From: a virus
Direction: 5' to 3' (one strand)
Virus record (IMG/VR): IMGVR_UViG_3300000366_000001
Coordinates: 1-64,000 of that record
DNA length: 64,000 nt
A program made the translations under genes and the position numbers. The first letter of the stretch is position 1. Each line of letters opens with the position of its first letter. The notes beneath the pieces were generated by a model. That model made no database searches. It was not told the origin of the DNA and saw only the letters and a list, made by a program, of their open reading frames with translations. Positions 29,509-37,537 of the stretch are shown one piece after another.

Positions 29509-29684
29509 TTGATTAACTCCTTCAGCCTATCCACTAAAACTTGCAGCTTTTCATGTTCCTCTTCAGCCTGCCTTAATGCTTCATCTCTCTCAATAGCCAG
29601 CAAGTAAAGAGTGGCAAGCGCTTCTTTATTTTTTGTGGTTGTTGCGACTGGTTCCAGATATAAGAATGCTTCTTCTATATTCAT
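29505..29684 (-). CDS. hypothetical protein
   Basis: ATG at 29684 (MNIEEAFLYL...) after GGAGAA; the track start is TTG. Confidence 0.5.
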   Translation of the reverse strand: MNIEEAFLYLEPVATTTKNKEALATLYLLAIERDEALRQAEEEHEKLQVLVDRLKELIK

Positions 29685-29696
29685 TGTTTTCTCCAA

Positions 29697-29704
29697 ATTA
29701 TACA
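29697..29704 (-). promoter_or_regulatory. extended -10 promoter TGTATAAT
   Basis: Follows the terminator T-run directly. Confidence 0.45.
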
Positions 29705-29728
29705 AAAAAGCCGCTAATTAAAGCGGCT
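29704..29728 (-). terminator. rho-independent terminator
   Basis: Stem AGCCGCT/AGCGGCT followed by T6 on the minus strand. Confidence 0.7.
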
Positions 29729-29740
29729 AATGGTTAATCT

Positions 29741-30058
29741 TTATGCTCTTTTTTCAGCTTCCTTCTTCAATTCAGCATACAGAGCCTTAACGTAAGCAAG
29801 CGCTTTTTTTGCTTGTACTTCTTCGCTTTCGTAATCCTCGTGGATTGAATAAAGCGCATCTTCTTTAGCATCAACGACTTCGTTGGCACCATCAACCTCA
29901 ATAACCGGCATGTCATCATTACCCATTGTGCCATCAAAGATAGCCTCTTCCATCAAAGCGTTAACCGCTTCCTCCTTGCTTTCTTCAATATCATAATCAG
30001 CAAAGTCTGAGTTGTATTTTTTGTGCCAGTGCAGGTTGCTAATGTTTGAATGAATCAT
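29741..30058 (-). CDS. hypothetical acidic protein
   Basis: 105 aa; ATG verified. Confidence 0.6.
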   Translation of the reverse strand: MIHSNISNLHWHKKYNSDFADYDIEESKEEAVNALMEEAIFDGTMGNDDMPVIEVDGANEVVDAKEDALYSIHEDYESEEVQAKKALAYVKALYAELKKEAEKRA

Positions 30059-30114
30059 CTTGTATCTCCTAAGTGTTTTCTGGTTTAAGGGGCTGCGTTT
30101 CCCCTATGTCTTGT

Positions 30115-30143
30115 ATATTAATCCCTATGAGCTTAAGTGTCAA
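30115..30143 (-). promoter_or_regulatory. sigma70-type promoter TTGACA-17-TAATAT
   Basis: -35 at 30143-30138 and -10 at 30120-30115 on the minus strand. Confidence 0.65.
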
Positions 30144-30161
30144 ACACTTTTCTTCAAAAAG

Positions 30162-30347
30162 TTAAGAAAAATATCCAGGGCTAAAATGCTTGGCCTTGTG
30201 CCTGACCTTGCCTTCATTGATAAGGTCGTAGTTAACAATCAATGCACCGTTAAAACTTGACAGCTCGGTTACATGGACGCTTTCAAGTCGCACTGAATCA
30301 ATGTTAGCAATGATTGACTTTAGCTGGTCTTTGTTTGGTTTGTTCAT
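30162..30347 (-). CDS. hypothetical protein
   Basis: 61 aa; ATG verified. Confidence 0.5.
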   Translation of the reverse strand: MNKPNKDQLKSIIANIDSVRLESVHVTELSSFNGALIVNYDLINEGKVRHKAKHFSPGYFS

Positions 30348-30558
30348 CTGATTAAACCCCTATTATGTGCCTATAATCATGCGCTTAGGCAATATGTAAT
30401 CATCAATCCGCACCTGGCTTAGTTGAAATGCCCGAACAGCTTAGGCTCTTTAATGCAACCTAAGCCCTAATGTTGCATATACTTTTTTGGAGAACAGTAT
30501 CGGTATACGATCATTATTAAGCTACTTTTAACGCCCCTTCCTTGGGGCTGTTTGCTTA

Positions 30559-30771
30559 TTATGACGCAGGCACAACTTTGCCGCCTGATGCAAACATCTT
30601 TTCAATGGCTTGATTGGCCTCTTCAACGCTAACGCAGCCTGCGTTATTCCATCCGTTGCCGCCATTTTGCACGATGCTGATTTTATCGTGTCCTTCATAG
30701 CTGATGAATTGTATTTCACCGCCGTTTACTGCGATCTGGATTACTTGGTTCTGGTTGGCTTGGATTTTCAT
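30559..30771 (-). CDS. hypothetical protein
   Basis: 70 aa; ATG verified. Preferred over the overlapping 63-aa ORF in another frame. Confidence 0.55.
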   Translation of the reverse strand: MKIQANQNQVIQIAVNGGEIQFISYEGHDKISIVQNGGNGWNNAGCVSVEEANQAIEKMFASGGKVVPAS

Positions 30772-30807
30772 GTTCTTATCTCCTAGGTTGTTCGCTTCAG
30801 TAAGATC

Positions 30808-30836
30808 ATAGTATCAACACCCACACCAAAGCGCAA
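30808..30836 (-). promoter_or_regulatory. sigma70-type promoter TTGCGC-17-TACTAT
   Basis: Spacing counted on the minus strand. Confidence 0.45.
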
Positions 30837-30854
30837 CCCTTTTTTAAACTTTTT

Positions 30855-32402
30855 TCACCCGTAGCTTACACGGCCTGAGCTTCTCTTTCTCTGATTGGCT
30901 ATTCGATACCTGAATGCATCATAGTCGTGATCAGGTGCATCGCTATCAATGTCATCAGGGTTCTTGCTATCCCTTGGCAGCACAGGAAATCGGCTAATAA
31001 AACCTCGACAATAATCAAACACATAAAATCCAGGTTTTTCACCTATTCCGCTTTCATTTTTGCTTGCATCTAAAGAAGCCTCCAGGTAATCACAAATCAA
31101 TGCAGCGCCGCTAACCCTTGAACCTGGCTTCTTGTCGCTTGTAGTCCATCTAACACCCTCTGTTTTCATCTTGTCTGCTATCGTATGCCCGTCACTAATG
31201 TTGTTTATTGCGTTGTCAGCAGGGCCTGGGTTTACTTTTCCGATAACTAATCCAGGTTTAAAGTTTATGGTTCCAAGCATTTTGAACGGCTGATCAACAT
31301 CAACGCCCCTGATCCTTGCATCAATCCATTTAACGCCCTTTGCTACTTTAGTGCTTGTATATCTAATGCCCTTGTTGTCCTCTCCCTCTTCATTACCGTA
31401 CCATTCTCCTATCAGAAAAACATCTCCCTTGCAGGTTGGTTTTGTTGACCCGTCCGGCATCTCGATATCAGAGCCGTCTGACTCAGCAAACCACAAATTA
31501 GAAAAAGGAGCTGACTCACCCCAATCATGCGAGCGATCAATGTACCAGCTCTTAGGTATTTTAAACGGCTTAACAACGTGAACGTGCTCATCCCACAGGT
31601 AGTCAAAGCGACCTCCAGCAGTCACAGACCAATCGCCCTCAATCCAGGCTTTTCTTTTATTTCGATCCTTTATGCTCAACAGCTTGGCTATATACATATC
31701 ATCGAGATAAGGGTTTTCCATGTAAGAACCAAAAATTCTAACTTGCACCCTTGTCAAGCTTTTTGTTTTACCTGTTTGCGGGTTAAGAACCTCATAGGTT
31801 CTCTTTACTGGAGTTCCAGCGGGTGCAGGATCAATAAACCTCTTTTTAACCCAGCTATGACCAGGGCCGTAAGGGTTGGTTGTGCTGAATATCTCAACAG
31901 GTATTGGAGGTAACTTACCTTGCAGTTCTTTAGGAACTTGGAATGATGACCGGTTGCATGAAAGCATAGCTTCATAGCATTTATCATCAGCATAAGATGT
32001 CAATTCTTCCCAGCTAATATATGGCAATTCTTGGCCGTGATAACTCCAATAATCATCCTCTTTTTTAAAGTTTCTGAACAGAAGCTCTTCACCTGTGGCA
32101 AACACCCACTTAAGGTCGCCTTTAGATGCAAGGAATTTAGCGTCTGGAAATATCTGAGGAAACCATCTCTTAGACTTGGAAATTATATCTTCAAGGTCTT
32201 TATATTCTTTTCTGAAGATCACACCCCTCCAGTATTGACCATAGCCAATGCCAACGCGATTAGCAAATCTCATAAGAGTGGTATCTGATTTTCCAGGCCC
32301 CCTTGTCCCCTCATATAGAATCTCATCAAACGGGCATGTTAGCGCTAGAGTCTGGCTGCCAGGAAGAGGCTTCCATATAATTTTTACATTTTCTTCGGAC
32401 AT
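30855..32402 (-). CDS. terL: terminase large subunit
   Basis: 515 aa; Walker A motif GTRGPGKSD near the N-terminus; lies directly downstream of the small subunit. Confidence 0.85.
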   Translation of the reverse strand: MSEENVKIIWKPLPGSQTLALTCPFDEILYEGTRGPGKSDTTLMRFANRVGIGYGQYWRGVIFRKEYKDLEDIISKSKRWFPQIFPDAKFLASKGDLKWVFATGEELLFRNFKKEDDYWSYHGQELPYISWEELTSYADDKCYEAMLSCNRSSFQVPKELQGKLPPIPVEIFSTTNPYGPGHSWVKKRFIDPAPAGTPVKRTYEVLNPQTGKTKSLTRVQVRIFGSYMENPYLDDMYIAKLLSIKDRNKRKAWIEGDWSVTAGGRFDYLWDEHVHVVKPFKIPKSWYIDRSHDWGESAPFSNLWFAESDGSDIEMPDGSTKPTCKGDVFLIGEWYGNEEGEDNKGIRYTSTKVAKGVKWIDARIRGVDVDQPFKMLGTINFKPGLVIGKVNPGPADNAINNISDGHTIADKMKTEGVRWTTSDKKPGSRVSGAALICDYLEASLDASKNESGIGEKPGFYVFDYCRGFISRFPVLPRDSKNPDDIDSDAPDHDYDAFRYRIANQRKRSSGRVSYG

Positions 32403-32429
32403 AAAAAAGCCCTCCTTAAATAGAGGGCT
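32403..32429 (-). terminator. hairpin plus T6 that contains the terL Shine-Dalgarno sequence
   Basis: Stem AGCCCTC/GAGGGCT; the 3' arm carries AGGAGGG 7 nt before the ATG. Confidence 0.55.
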
Positions 32430-32438
32430 ATTATAACA
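32430..32438 (-). promoter_or_regulatory. extended -10 promoter TGTTATAAT fused to the hairpin 5' arm
   Basis: Same 9-mer immediately upstream of the hairpin. Confidence 0.5.
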
Positions 32439-32447
32439 TTTATAGCA

Positions 32448-33044
32448 TTATTCTTCAGATATGCTTTTTGCATCACTCTTAAGCTTATCCTGCTGTTTCT
32501 CTGCCATCCTTTCCCATTCACTATGATCTACAGATGCGGGAGCAAGCAAAACGCCAGAAGTTTGAATGTCTGCTTTTATGTTCTGATCAATACTTTGATT
32601 TTCCTTAATTTGAAGATCTCTGGCAATAAGATTGGCATTGAAAAATCCAGTTGATGCACCAGAAAACTTCTGTTCAAACATAATATCCTGAATGAATTTC
32701 ATTACCTCAGAATATTCCGGCCTTTTTTTATAATCATACCAACTTTGTTCATTAATTCCGGTATGGACATAAAAGCCTGAAAGAGTATAAGGCCTTGGAT
32801 GAGTAACAGATGATTTGGTTATTTCGCCTTGAGCATGGAAGACTTTTTCTTCAATTAAAGGGTTTTCGTCTGCCCATTTAAAATAGTCGCAAGCTGCATT
32901 AAGCATATCTTTAGGTGTTGGAAAAATCCTTTTCTTTCCTATTGTCCCTCTCTCTACAGCAATCCTCCACAATCCATTTCCGATAGCAAAGCGCCCATCA
33001 TTTTCTCTTTCTTCTTTAATGGCTGGCTTTTGTTCTTCAGCCAT
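32448..33044 (-). CDS. terS: terminase small subunit
   Basis: Motif ACDYFKWADENPL is typical of small terminases. ATG at 33044 follows AGAGGTGG. Confidence 0.7.
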   Translation of the reverse strand: MAEEQKPAIKEERENDGRFAIGNGLWRIAVERGTIGKKRIFPTPKDMLNAACDYFKWADENPLIEEKVFHAQGEITKSSVTHPRPYTLSGFYVHTGINEQSWYDYKKRPEYSEVMKFIQDIMFEQKFSGASTGFFNANLIARDLQIKENQSIDQNIKADIQTSGVLLAPASVDHSEWERMAEKQQDKLKSDAKSISEE

Positions 33045-33079
33045 AATAACCACCTCTTTAAATTTAATTGATTGTGACT

Positions 33080-33088
33080 ATTATAACA
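33080..33088 (-). promoter_or_regulatory. extended -10 promoter TGTTATAAT
   Basis: Same 9-mer, upstream of terS. Confidence 0.5.
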
Positions 33089-33094
33089 TAGTTT

Positions 33095-33520
33095 TTAATT
33101 TAAAATTTCTACAAGTTTTAACTCTGATTCGCGATCAAACATAGGCACAATATAAACAGTCCCTTGCTCATCTTCATCTTCACAGCCGTCATAACCCATC
33201 TTTACGGCACACTCCCCACGCTTGCCTTGAAGCCACCAGCTATCGTATCCATCAGCTCCATCAAGGCTCCACTCGCTTTCACTGCCATCTAACAAGCCTT
33301 CCGCAAAATCTTCATCGACATCAAAGCGCTCTGCAATCTCTGCGATGATCTCATCATCGTTCAGCTCTCTTGCTACAACACAATCAAAAGAAGCTTCATA
33401 AACGTAAACACTGGCATCTGACATTTGGTAAACGTCATCAGAGAAAAACAGGCAGTCTCCAGAAGTTCCATGTTTGTTAATGCTGCCTTCTTCGATTTTG
33501 TTTGGGCTTGTGTGGAACAT
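33095..33520 (-). CDS. highly acidic hypothetical protein
   Basis: 141 aa; very Asp/Glu-rich (DEDFAEGLLDGSESEW, CEDEDEQG). Confidence 0.6.
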   Translation of the reverse strand: MFHTSPNKIEEGSINKHGTSGDCLFFSDDVYQMSDASVYVYEASFDCVVARELNDDEIIAEIAERFDVDEDFAEGLLDGSESEWSLDGADGYDSWWLQGKRGECAVKMGYDGCEDEDEQGTVYIVPMFDRESELKLVEILN

Positions 33521-33549
33521 TTTCTTAATCTCCTGTAGTTGATAAGTGA

Positions 33550-33578
33550 ATTCTATTCCTTAACAACGCACCTGTCAA
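33550..33578 (-). promoter_or_regulatory. sigma70-type promoter TTGACA-17-TAGAAT
   Basis: -35 at 33578-33573 and -10 at 33555-33550. Confidence 0.65.
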
Positions 33579-33586
33579 CCTTTTTC

Positions 33587-33733
33587 CTAACTTTCTTCAG
33601 CCCTTTTCGCTTGTGTTTTTAATAGAGTTTCCAAGTGGCTCTTAAGATCAAAGTAAAGTAAACTACAAGAGGTTTCCAGATTGATATGCTCAATAGTCTT
33701 GTTAATAGCATGTTGTAATTCTTGATTGGTCAT
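33587..33733 (-). CDS. small hypothetical protein (48 aa)
   Basis: Own translation MTNQELQHAINKTIEHINLE...; AAGGAA upstream. Confidence 0.4.
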   Translation of the reverse strand: MTNQELQHAINKTIEHINLETSCSLLYFDLKSHLETLLKTQAKRAEES

Positions 33734-33894
33734 GGTGTTTCCTTTTGGTCTGATTTTAATTCTTAAAAATTATAGGCTCACTCCCTTAAGAAAGAAAGCC
33801 TTTATTTAGTCTTCATGCTGTTTGTGACTCATGGAATACATAGGTAGTCTTGGTAAACATTTTGCCAGTCTTTTCGTTGGCGATCCAAGTTACT

Positions 33895-33923
33895 ACCTTA
33901 ACGCCTTTTTAGCGTGGTGTCAA
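33895..33923 (-). promoter_or_regulatory. sigma70-type promoter TTGACA-17-TAAGGT
   Basis: -35 at 33923-33918 and -10 at 33900-33895. Confidence 0.5.
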
Positions 33924-33934
33924 TGCTTTTTTTA

Positions 33935-34123
33935 TTAAAAAATACTTGTCACCTCGACTATCGGATCACCTTTCTTTAAGTCATTGAATTCTGAAGTGCA
34001 GAAGTAAAAACTATCATGGGTCAAGCTCTCTGAAAACTGAGCCGCTGCAATAAAAGTCCGGCTTGCGCGAATGATAGTGTCGTCTTCCTTGCTTACCGTG
34101 TAAACTGTTTCTTTTTTAGCCAT
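33935..34123 (-). CDS. hypothetical protein
   Basis: 62 aa; ATG verified. Confidence 0.55.
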   Translation of the reverse strand: MAKKETVYTVSKEDDTIIRASRTFIAAAQFSESLTHDSFYFCTSEFNDLKKGDPIVEVTSIF

Positions 34124-34161
34124 CTTCTTAATCTCCTAGGTGGTTTGCTTCAATAGTTAGT

Positions 34162-34189
34162 ATTCTACAGTCTTTTTACGGCTTGTCAA
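34162..34189 (-). promoter_or_regulatory. sigma70-type promoter TTGACA-16-TAGAAT
   Basis: -35 at 34189-34184 and -10 at 34167-34162. Confidence 0.65.
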
Positions 34190-34309
34190 CATCTTTTATC
34201 TATCCAAATCACTTTTATTGTCAAGCAAATCATTTAAACGTCTGATTGCAGCCTGGTAGCCATGCTTTTGCATATCATTATTTTCCTTGGTGCTGCTCAT
34301 GTACAGGTG

Positions 34310-34564
34310 TTAATTTCCAGCGGCTTCGATTTCCGCTGGAGACACGACCACCGTCTTATCGGTGAAGCTAAGCTTGTTGCGCAGTTGTCCCGCATTTTTC
34401 CCGCGAGTCACTGGGTTGAACTCAGCACCAGTCACGTTCATTGATCCATCGTCGTTACGGGACGCATAATAAAGCCTGAAATTTTCGGATTCTTTGCCCA
34501 GCTTCTTCATGGCTGCCTTGCCGAAGTTGGTTTCTTCAAAGATTTTAGGTGTCATATCTGGCAT
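34310..34564 (-). CDS. hypothetical protein
   Basis: ATG at 34564 (MPDMTPKIF...) after GGAGAA. Confidence 0.55.
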   Translation of the reverse strand: MPDMTPKIFEETNFGKAAMKKLGKESENFRLYYASRNDDGSMNVTGAEFNPVTRGKNAGQLRNKLSFTDKTVVVSPAEIEAAGN

Positions 34565-34584
34565 GTTGTTTCTCCACAATTAAA

Positions 34585-34692
34585 TTAACAAACCGTTGCA
34601 CGGGTCTCAACCAGCCCGTGAACGGGGCGATAGTTCTCTTGCACTGTTTCTTCGGCTTGATGTATTACTGATTGTAGTTCATTGTTATTCAT
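34585..34692 (-). CDS. small hypothetical protein (35 aa)
   Basis: Own translation MNNNELQSVIHQAEETVQENYRPVHGLVETRATVC; AGGAGA lies 7 nt upstream. Confidence 0.45.
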   Translation of the reverse strand: MNNNELQSVIHQAEETVQENYRPVHGLVETRATVC

Positions 34693-34726
34693 GTCGTTTA
34701 TCTCCTGATCTCGAGTTGATAGGCGT

Positions 34727-34755
34727 ATCTTATCCTTCAGATAATTCAATGTCAA
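34727..34755 (-). promoter_or_regulatory. sigma70-type promoter TTGACA-17-TAAGAT
   Basis: -35 at 34755-34750 and -10 at 34732-34727. Confidence 0.65.
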
Positions 34756-34818
34756 TACAAGGGCTAAATAGGTTTGCCCACTTCACCGTGGAAATATGGC
34801 CCACCAACGAAAACAAAA

Positions 34819-35568
34819 CTAACCGCCTAACTTTCCTTCCCCGTACCATGATGCGATAATCTCGTTAATCCTGTCCAATATATCCATTCTTTTAAACCAC
34901 AAATGACAATTGCCATTTTTAAACATCTTGATCTTTAAATATTCGTTTTCATATTCTTTGCTGTTTCTTGCCTGCCTTAACTCATAAGAAAAACCATGCT
35001 CTTTAAATTCTTTGCCGTCTAATGTTTTAATAATGCGGTCAAGGTCGTTTATTTCTCCTTCATTATAATGGTTAAGCATCAAGTCACCAAAGGAGCAAAC
35101 AAACCAATTAGTTAATATAATTTTCTTGCTTACTTTAAATGCGTCATTTGTTTTGTATTTTCCTTCTAATCTTTTAAACAGATTGACTAATCCTCGATTA
35201 AAAAAGTGTTCTGCATTGTGATAGCTGCTAATTAAAGTCTCCCTGATGTTATCCATTGTAAACTCAGGTGGATTCTTTTCAAGGCTCATATCAAAATCAT
35301 TACGGGCTACTTTATCCATGTATTTATTGAATCCGGTTTTATTGATTGCGTGTCTCCAGAACCGGCGGTCTAATTCTTTCCTGAATTCATCAGGACATTT
35401 CAAGGAGCTGTTAAAAGCAAGAGGGTATAAATAATTACCCATCTGATTACAAACATCCTGAGACTTTTGCATAGTCTTGTAGGCGTGTATATGCAAGTCT
35501 AAAGCTTTATCTCTTGCTTCTACTATGTCTTCAAGCGTCTTAATGTGTGCTAGTGCTGTGGATTGCAT
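34819..35568 (-). CDS. DUF4942-like protein (tentative)
   Basis: 249 aa. The C-terminal pattern KMFKNGNCHLWFKRMDILDRIN resembles the DUF4942 signature as I recall it. Confidence 0.5.
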   Translation of the reverse strand: MQSTALAHIKTLEDIVEARDKALDLHIHAYKTMQKSQDVCNQMGNYLYPLAFNSSLKCPDEFRKELDRRFWRHAINKTGFNKYMDKVARNDFDMSLEKNPPEFTMDNIRETLISSYHNAEHFFNRGLVNLFKRLEGKYKTNDAFKVSKKIILTNWFVCSFGDLMLNHYNEGEINDLDRIIKTLDGKEFKEHGFSYELRQARNSKEYENEYLKIKMFKNGNCHLWFKRMDILDRINEIIASWYGEGKLGG

Positions 35569-35631
35569 TTTTTTGCTCCTTATGTTTTTTTGATGCTAGG
35601 TAAAGATTAACGCCATCCTTGGCATTGTTAT

Positions 35632-36336
35632 TTACTCAGGACGACTAATGAATTTGAATTTTGCATTTGGAGCAAAGACATCACCCGCATCGTCTTCGCA
35701 AAGCTCTACCTTAGATTTATCTGAGCTTAATATCGCGTTTACCTCATACCGTTTTCCTTTGGCTGTAAATCCAGAATCTTCAATACACTCAACAATATCC
35801 CCTTTTTTCCAGGTGTTAGGATCATAAATATCAACTCCTTCAGGGATATTGTTGTTTTCGTTTCTATTAAAAACGCCAACAGTGCAAGAAAACCCTGTAT
35901 TGTCTTCAATAAGACGCTCTAGCTGTCCTGTAAGCGATTCTAGGCGCTGATCCATATCAGCAGTCAGGTTTAGCAGTTCTTTAGCTTCTAGCTCCGTTTC
36001 TGTGCGCTGGCATGATAGCTCCTTGATGCTAGCTAGTAGCTGGTCAAGATTGTTTTGTTCGCTGTTGCTATTTTCGCTATTTTTGCATGGATCGTCAATA
36101 ACTGTAAAATCAAATCCCCAGTTCATAGAAGGAATATCTCCATCCTCATCTTTAGGGCCGATGATTGCATCATCGCCAGAAATCACATAAGCACACCCAG
36201 CATTGAAAGACCAGTGATCATGTAGGAGGCTAGTAAACCCATTAAACAAAACCTTTTTACCTACCATATCCTTGTTGATAGGCCATTCTAGTTTTTTGTT
36301 GCTTGTTTCATTTTTCTTGTTACCTGTGTCATTCAT
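35632..36336 (-). CDS. hypothetical protein with central coiled coil
   Basis: Start moved to the ATG at 36336 (MNDTGNKK...) after GAGGAT. It is the first gene after cassette copy 3. Confidence 0.55.
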   Translation of the reverse strand: MNDTGNKKNETSNKKLEWPINKDMVGKKVLFNGFTSLLHDHWSFNAGCAYVISGDDAIIGPKDEDGDIPSMNWGFDFTVIDDPCKNSENSNSEQNNLDQLLASIKELSCQRTETELEAKELLNLTADMDQRLESLTGQLERLIEDNTGFSCTVGVFNRNENNNIPEGVDIYDPNTWKKGDIVECIEDSGFTAKGKRYEVNAILSSDKSKVELCEDDAGDVFAPNAKFKFISRPE

Positions 36337-36426
36337 ATCTATATCCTCAAGCTTTGGTTTCTGCGCCTGCCGACAAAAGCAAGCCCAACACGACAAAGCC
36401 TAAACCATTCATCCAGAACAGTCAAT

Positions 36427-36683
36427 CTATTTTTTGAATTATTTTCTGCGGGTGAAGGGTAAGTAGGTAACTGGTAGTGGTTGCTAGTGCTCGAGATAGT
36501 CTCTCTAGTATATTTAATATAAAAAATAGTTTTTAATATAATAATAGAGTAGTACAGACACCCATAACACCCCTGTAAACCAGTACTGACAGGGCTTTCA
36601 ATACATTAGCAGTTGCTAAATTAGCAAATGATTTATTGACTTTTTAGCAGGGTCAAAAAATGCTTTTTTTGGAATTATTGACC
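36427..36683 (-). repeat. intergenic cassette, copy 3 of 4
   Basis: Same layout as copies 1 and 2. Palindrome TTAGCAGTTGCTAA lies at 36606-36619. The string GCATTTTTTGACCCTG...AAGTCAAT is shared with copy 4. Confidence 0.85.
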
Positions 36684-36778
36684 TTTTTTGGCGGCTGATT
36701 TTCTGGATTTTGGTTGAATTTTGCCTTTCTGTCTGGATAGGGTGCCTGTTTTTGGCTGTCAGCTCAGGAAAATAAAGC

Positions 36779-36801
36779 GAAAAAAAGCCCCTTATTGGGG
36801 C
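36779..36801 (-). terminator. rho-independent terminator
   Basis: Stem GCCCC/GGGGC followed by T7 on the minus strand. Confidence 0.65.
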
Positions 36802-36821
36802 GTAATAGCTAAAAAAACAAT

Positions 36822-37073
36822 TTAATCAACCCAACACCCTTCAGCTAAATCCACTTTTCCATCCACGTAAAGCTTTGTTTGTTCAGGCCAACTATTCAGC
36901 CTACAATTTATTGGCTTGTCGCCCATTGCAAGAATTCCATCTTCAAGGATGGTGTATTGCGGTGTTTTGTTTATTTCTGGTTCCGGTTGATTTTTTTCAA
37001 GACCGCTGACAACCATAAATAGCATAACAAAAAAGCAAGCAACACAAAACAAGAGTAACAAGAACCCTTTCAC
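36822..37073 (-). CDS. small secreted/membrane protein
   Basis: 83 aa; GTG start in a GTGA overlap with the upstream stop; hydrophobic N-terminus KGFLLLLFCVACFFVMLFMVV. Confidence 0.5.
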   Translation of the reverse strand: MKGFLLLLFCVACFFVMLFMVVSGLEKNQPEPEINKTPQYTILEDGILAMGDKPINCRLNSWPEQTKLYVDGKVDLAEGCWVD

Positions 37074-37375
37074 AAGCCACCCCCATAAATATTAACAATG
37101 ACCTCAGATATATCATAAGCTTTAGCTGGATTATCAACAAAGCTCAATTTTTTAATTGCGTTAAATGTTTCTACGACTTCAGTGTTTACATTACTAAAGA
37201 TTATGTTTTTATTGATTTTACAAGCAACTTTAATATCTTTAGTCTTGCTATCCTCAATAACAAAAGCTGTTTCATCCTCTGTCTCACCTACAATAAAACA
37301 AGGTTTAAAGTTATTATTATAACTGTAGCTGTAAAAGCATTTAATTCCAGTTTTTGGTATATATCCGGTGTCCAT
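37070..37375 (-). CDS. hypothetical protein
   Basis: ATG at 37375 (MDTGYIPK...) after AAGGA; the track start is TTG. Confidence 0.55.
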   Translation of the reverse strand: MDTGYIPKTGIKCFYSYSYNNNFKPCFIVGETEDETAFVIEDSKTKDIKVACKINKNIIFSNVNTEVVETFNAIKKLSFVDNPAKAYDISEVIVNIYGGGL

Positions 37376-37386
37376 ATTGATATCCT

Positions 37387-37536
37387 TTAACAATTAAACA
37401 ATAAATAAAGATCAGACTTTTTAATAAGGAAAATATCATTACCAGAGCGCTTTATATCGGCTCCTTTTCCTTTTGCATAGCTGTATTCAACTTCGGTTAG
37501 ATCAACTTTCACATAATCTCGACTGTCGAATTTCAT
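37387..37536 (-). CDS. small hypothetical protein (49 aa)
   Basis: Own translation MKFDSRDYVKVDLTEVEYSYAKGKG... Confidence 0.35.
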   Translation of the reverse strand: MKFDSRDYVKVDLTEVEYSYAKGKGADIKRSGNDIFLIKKSDLYLLFNC

Positions 37537-37537
37537 A

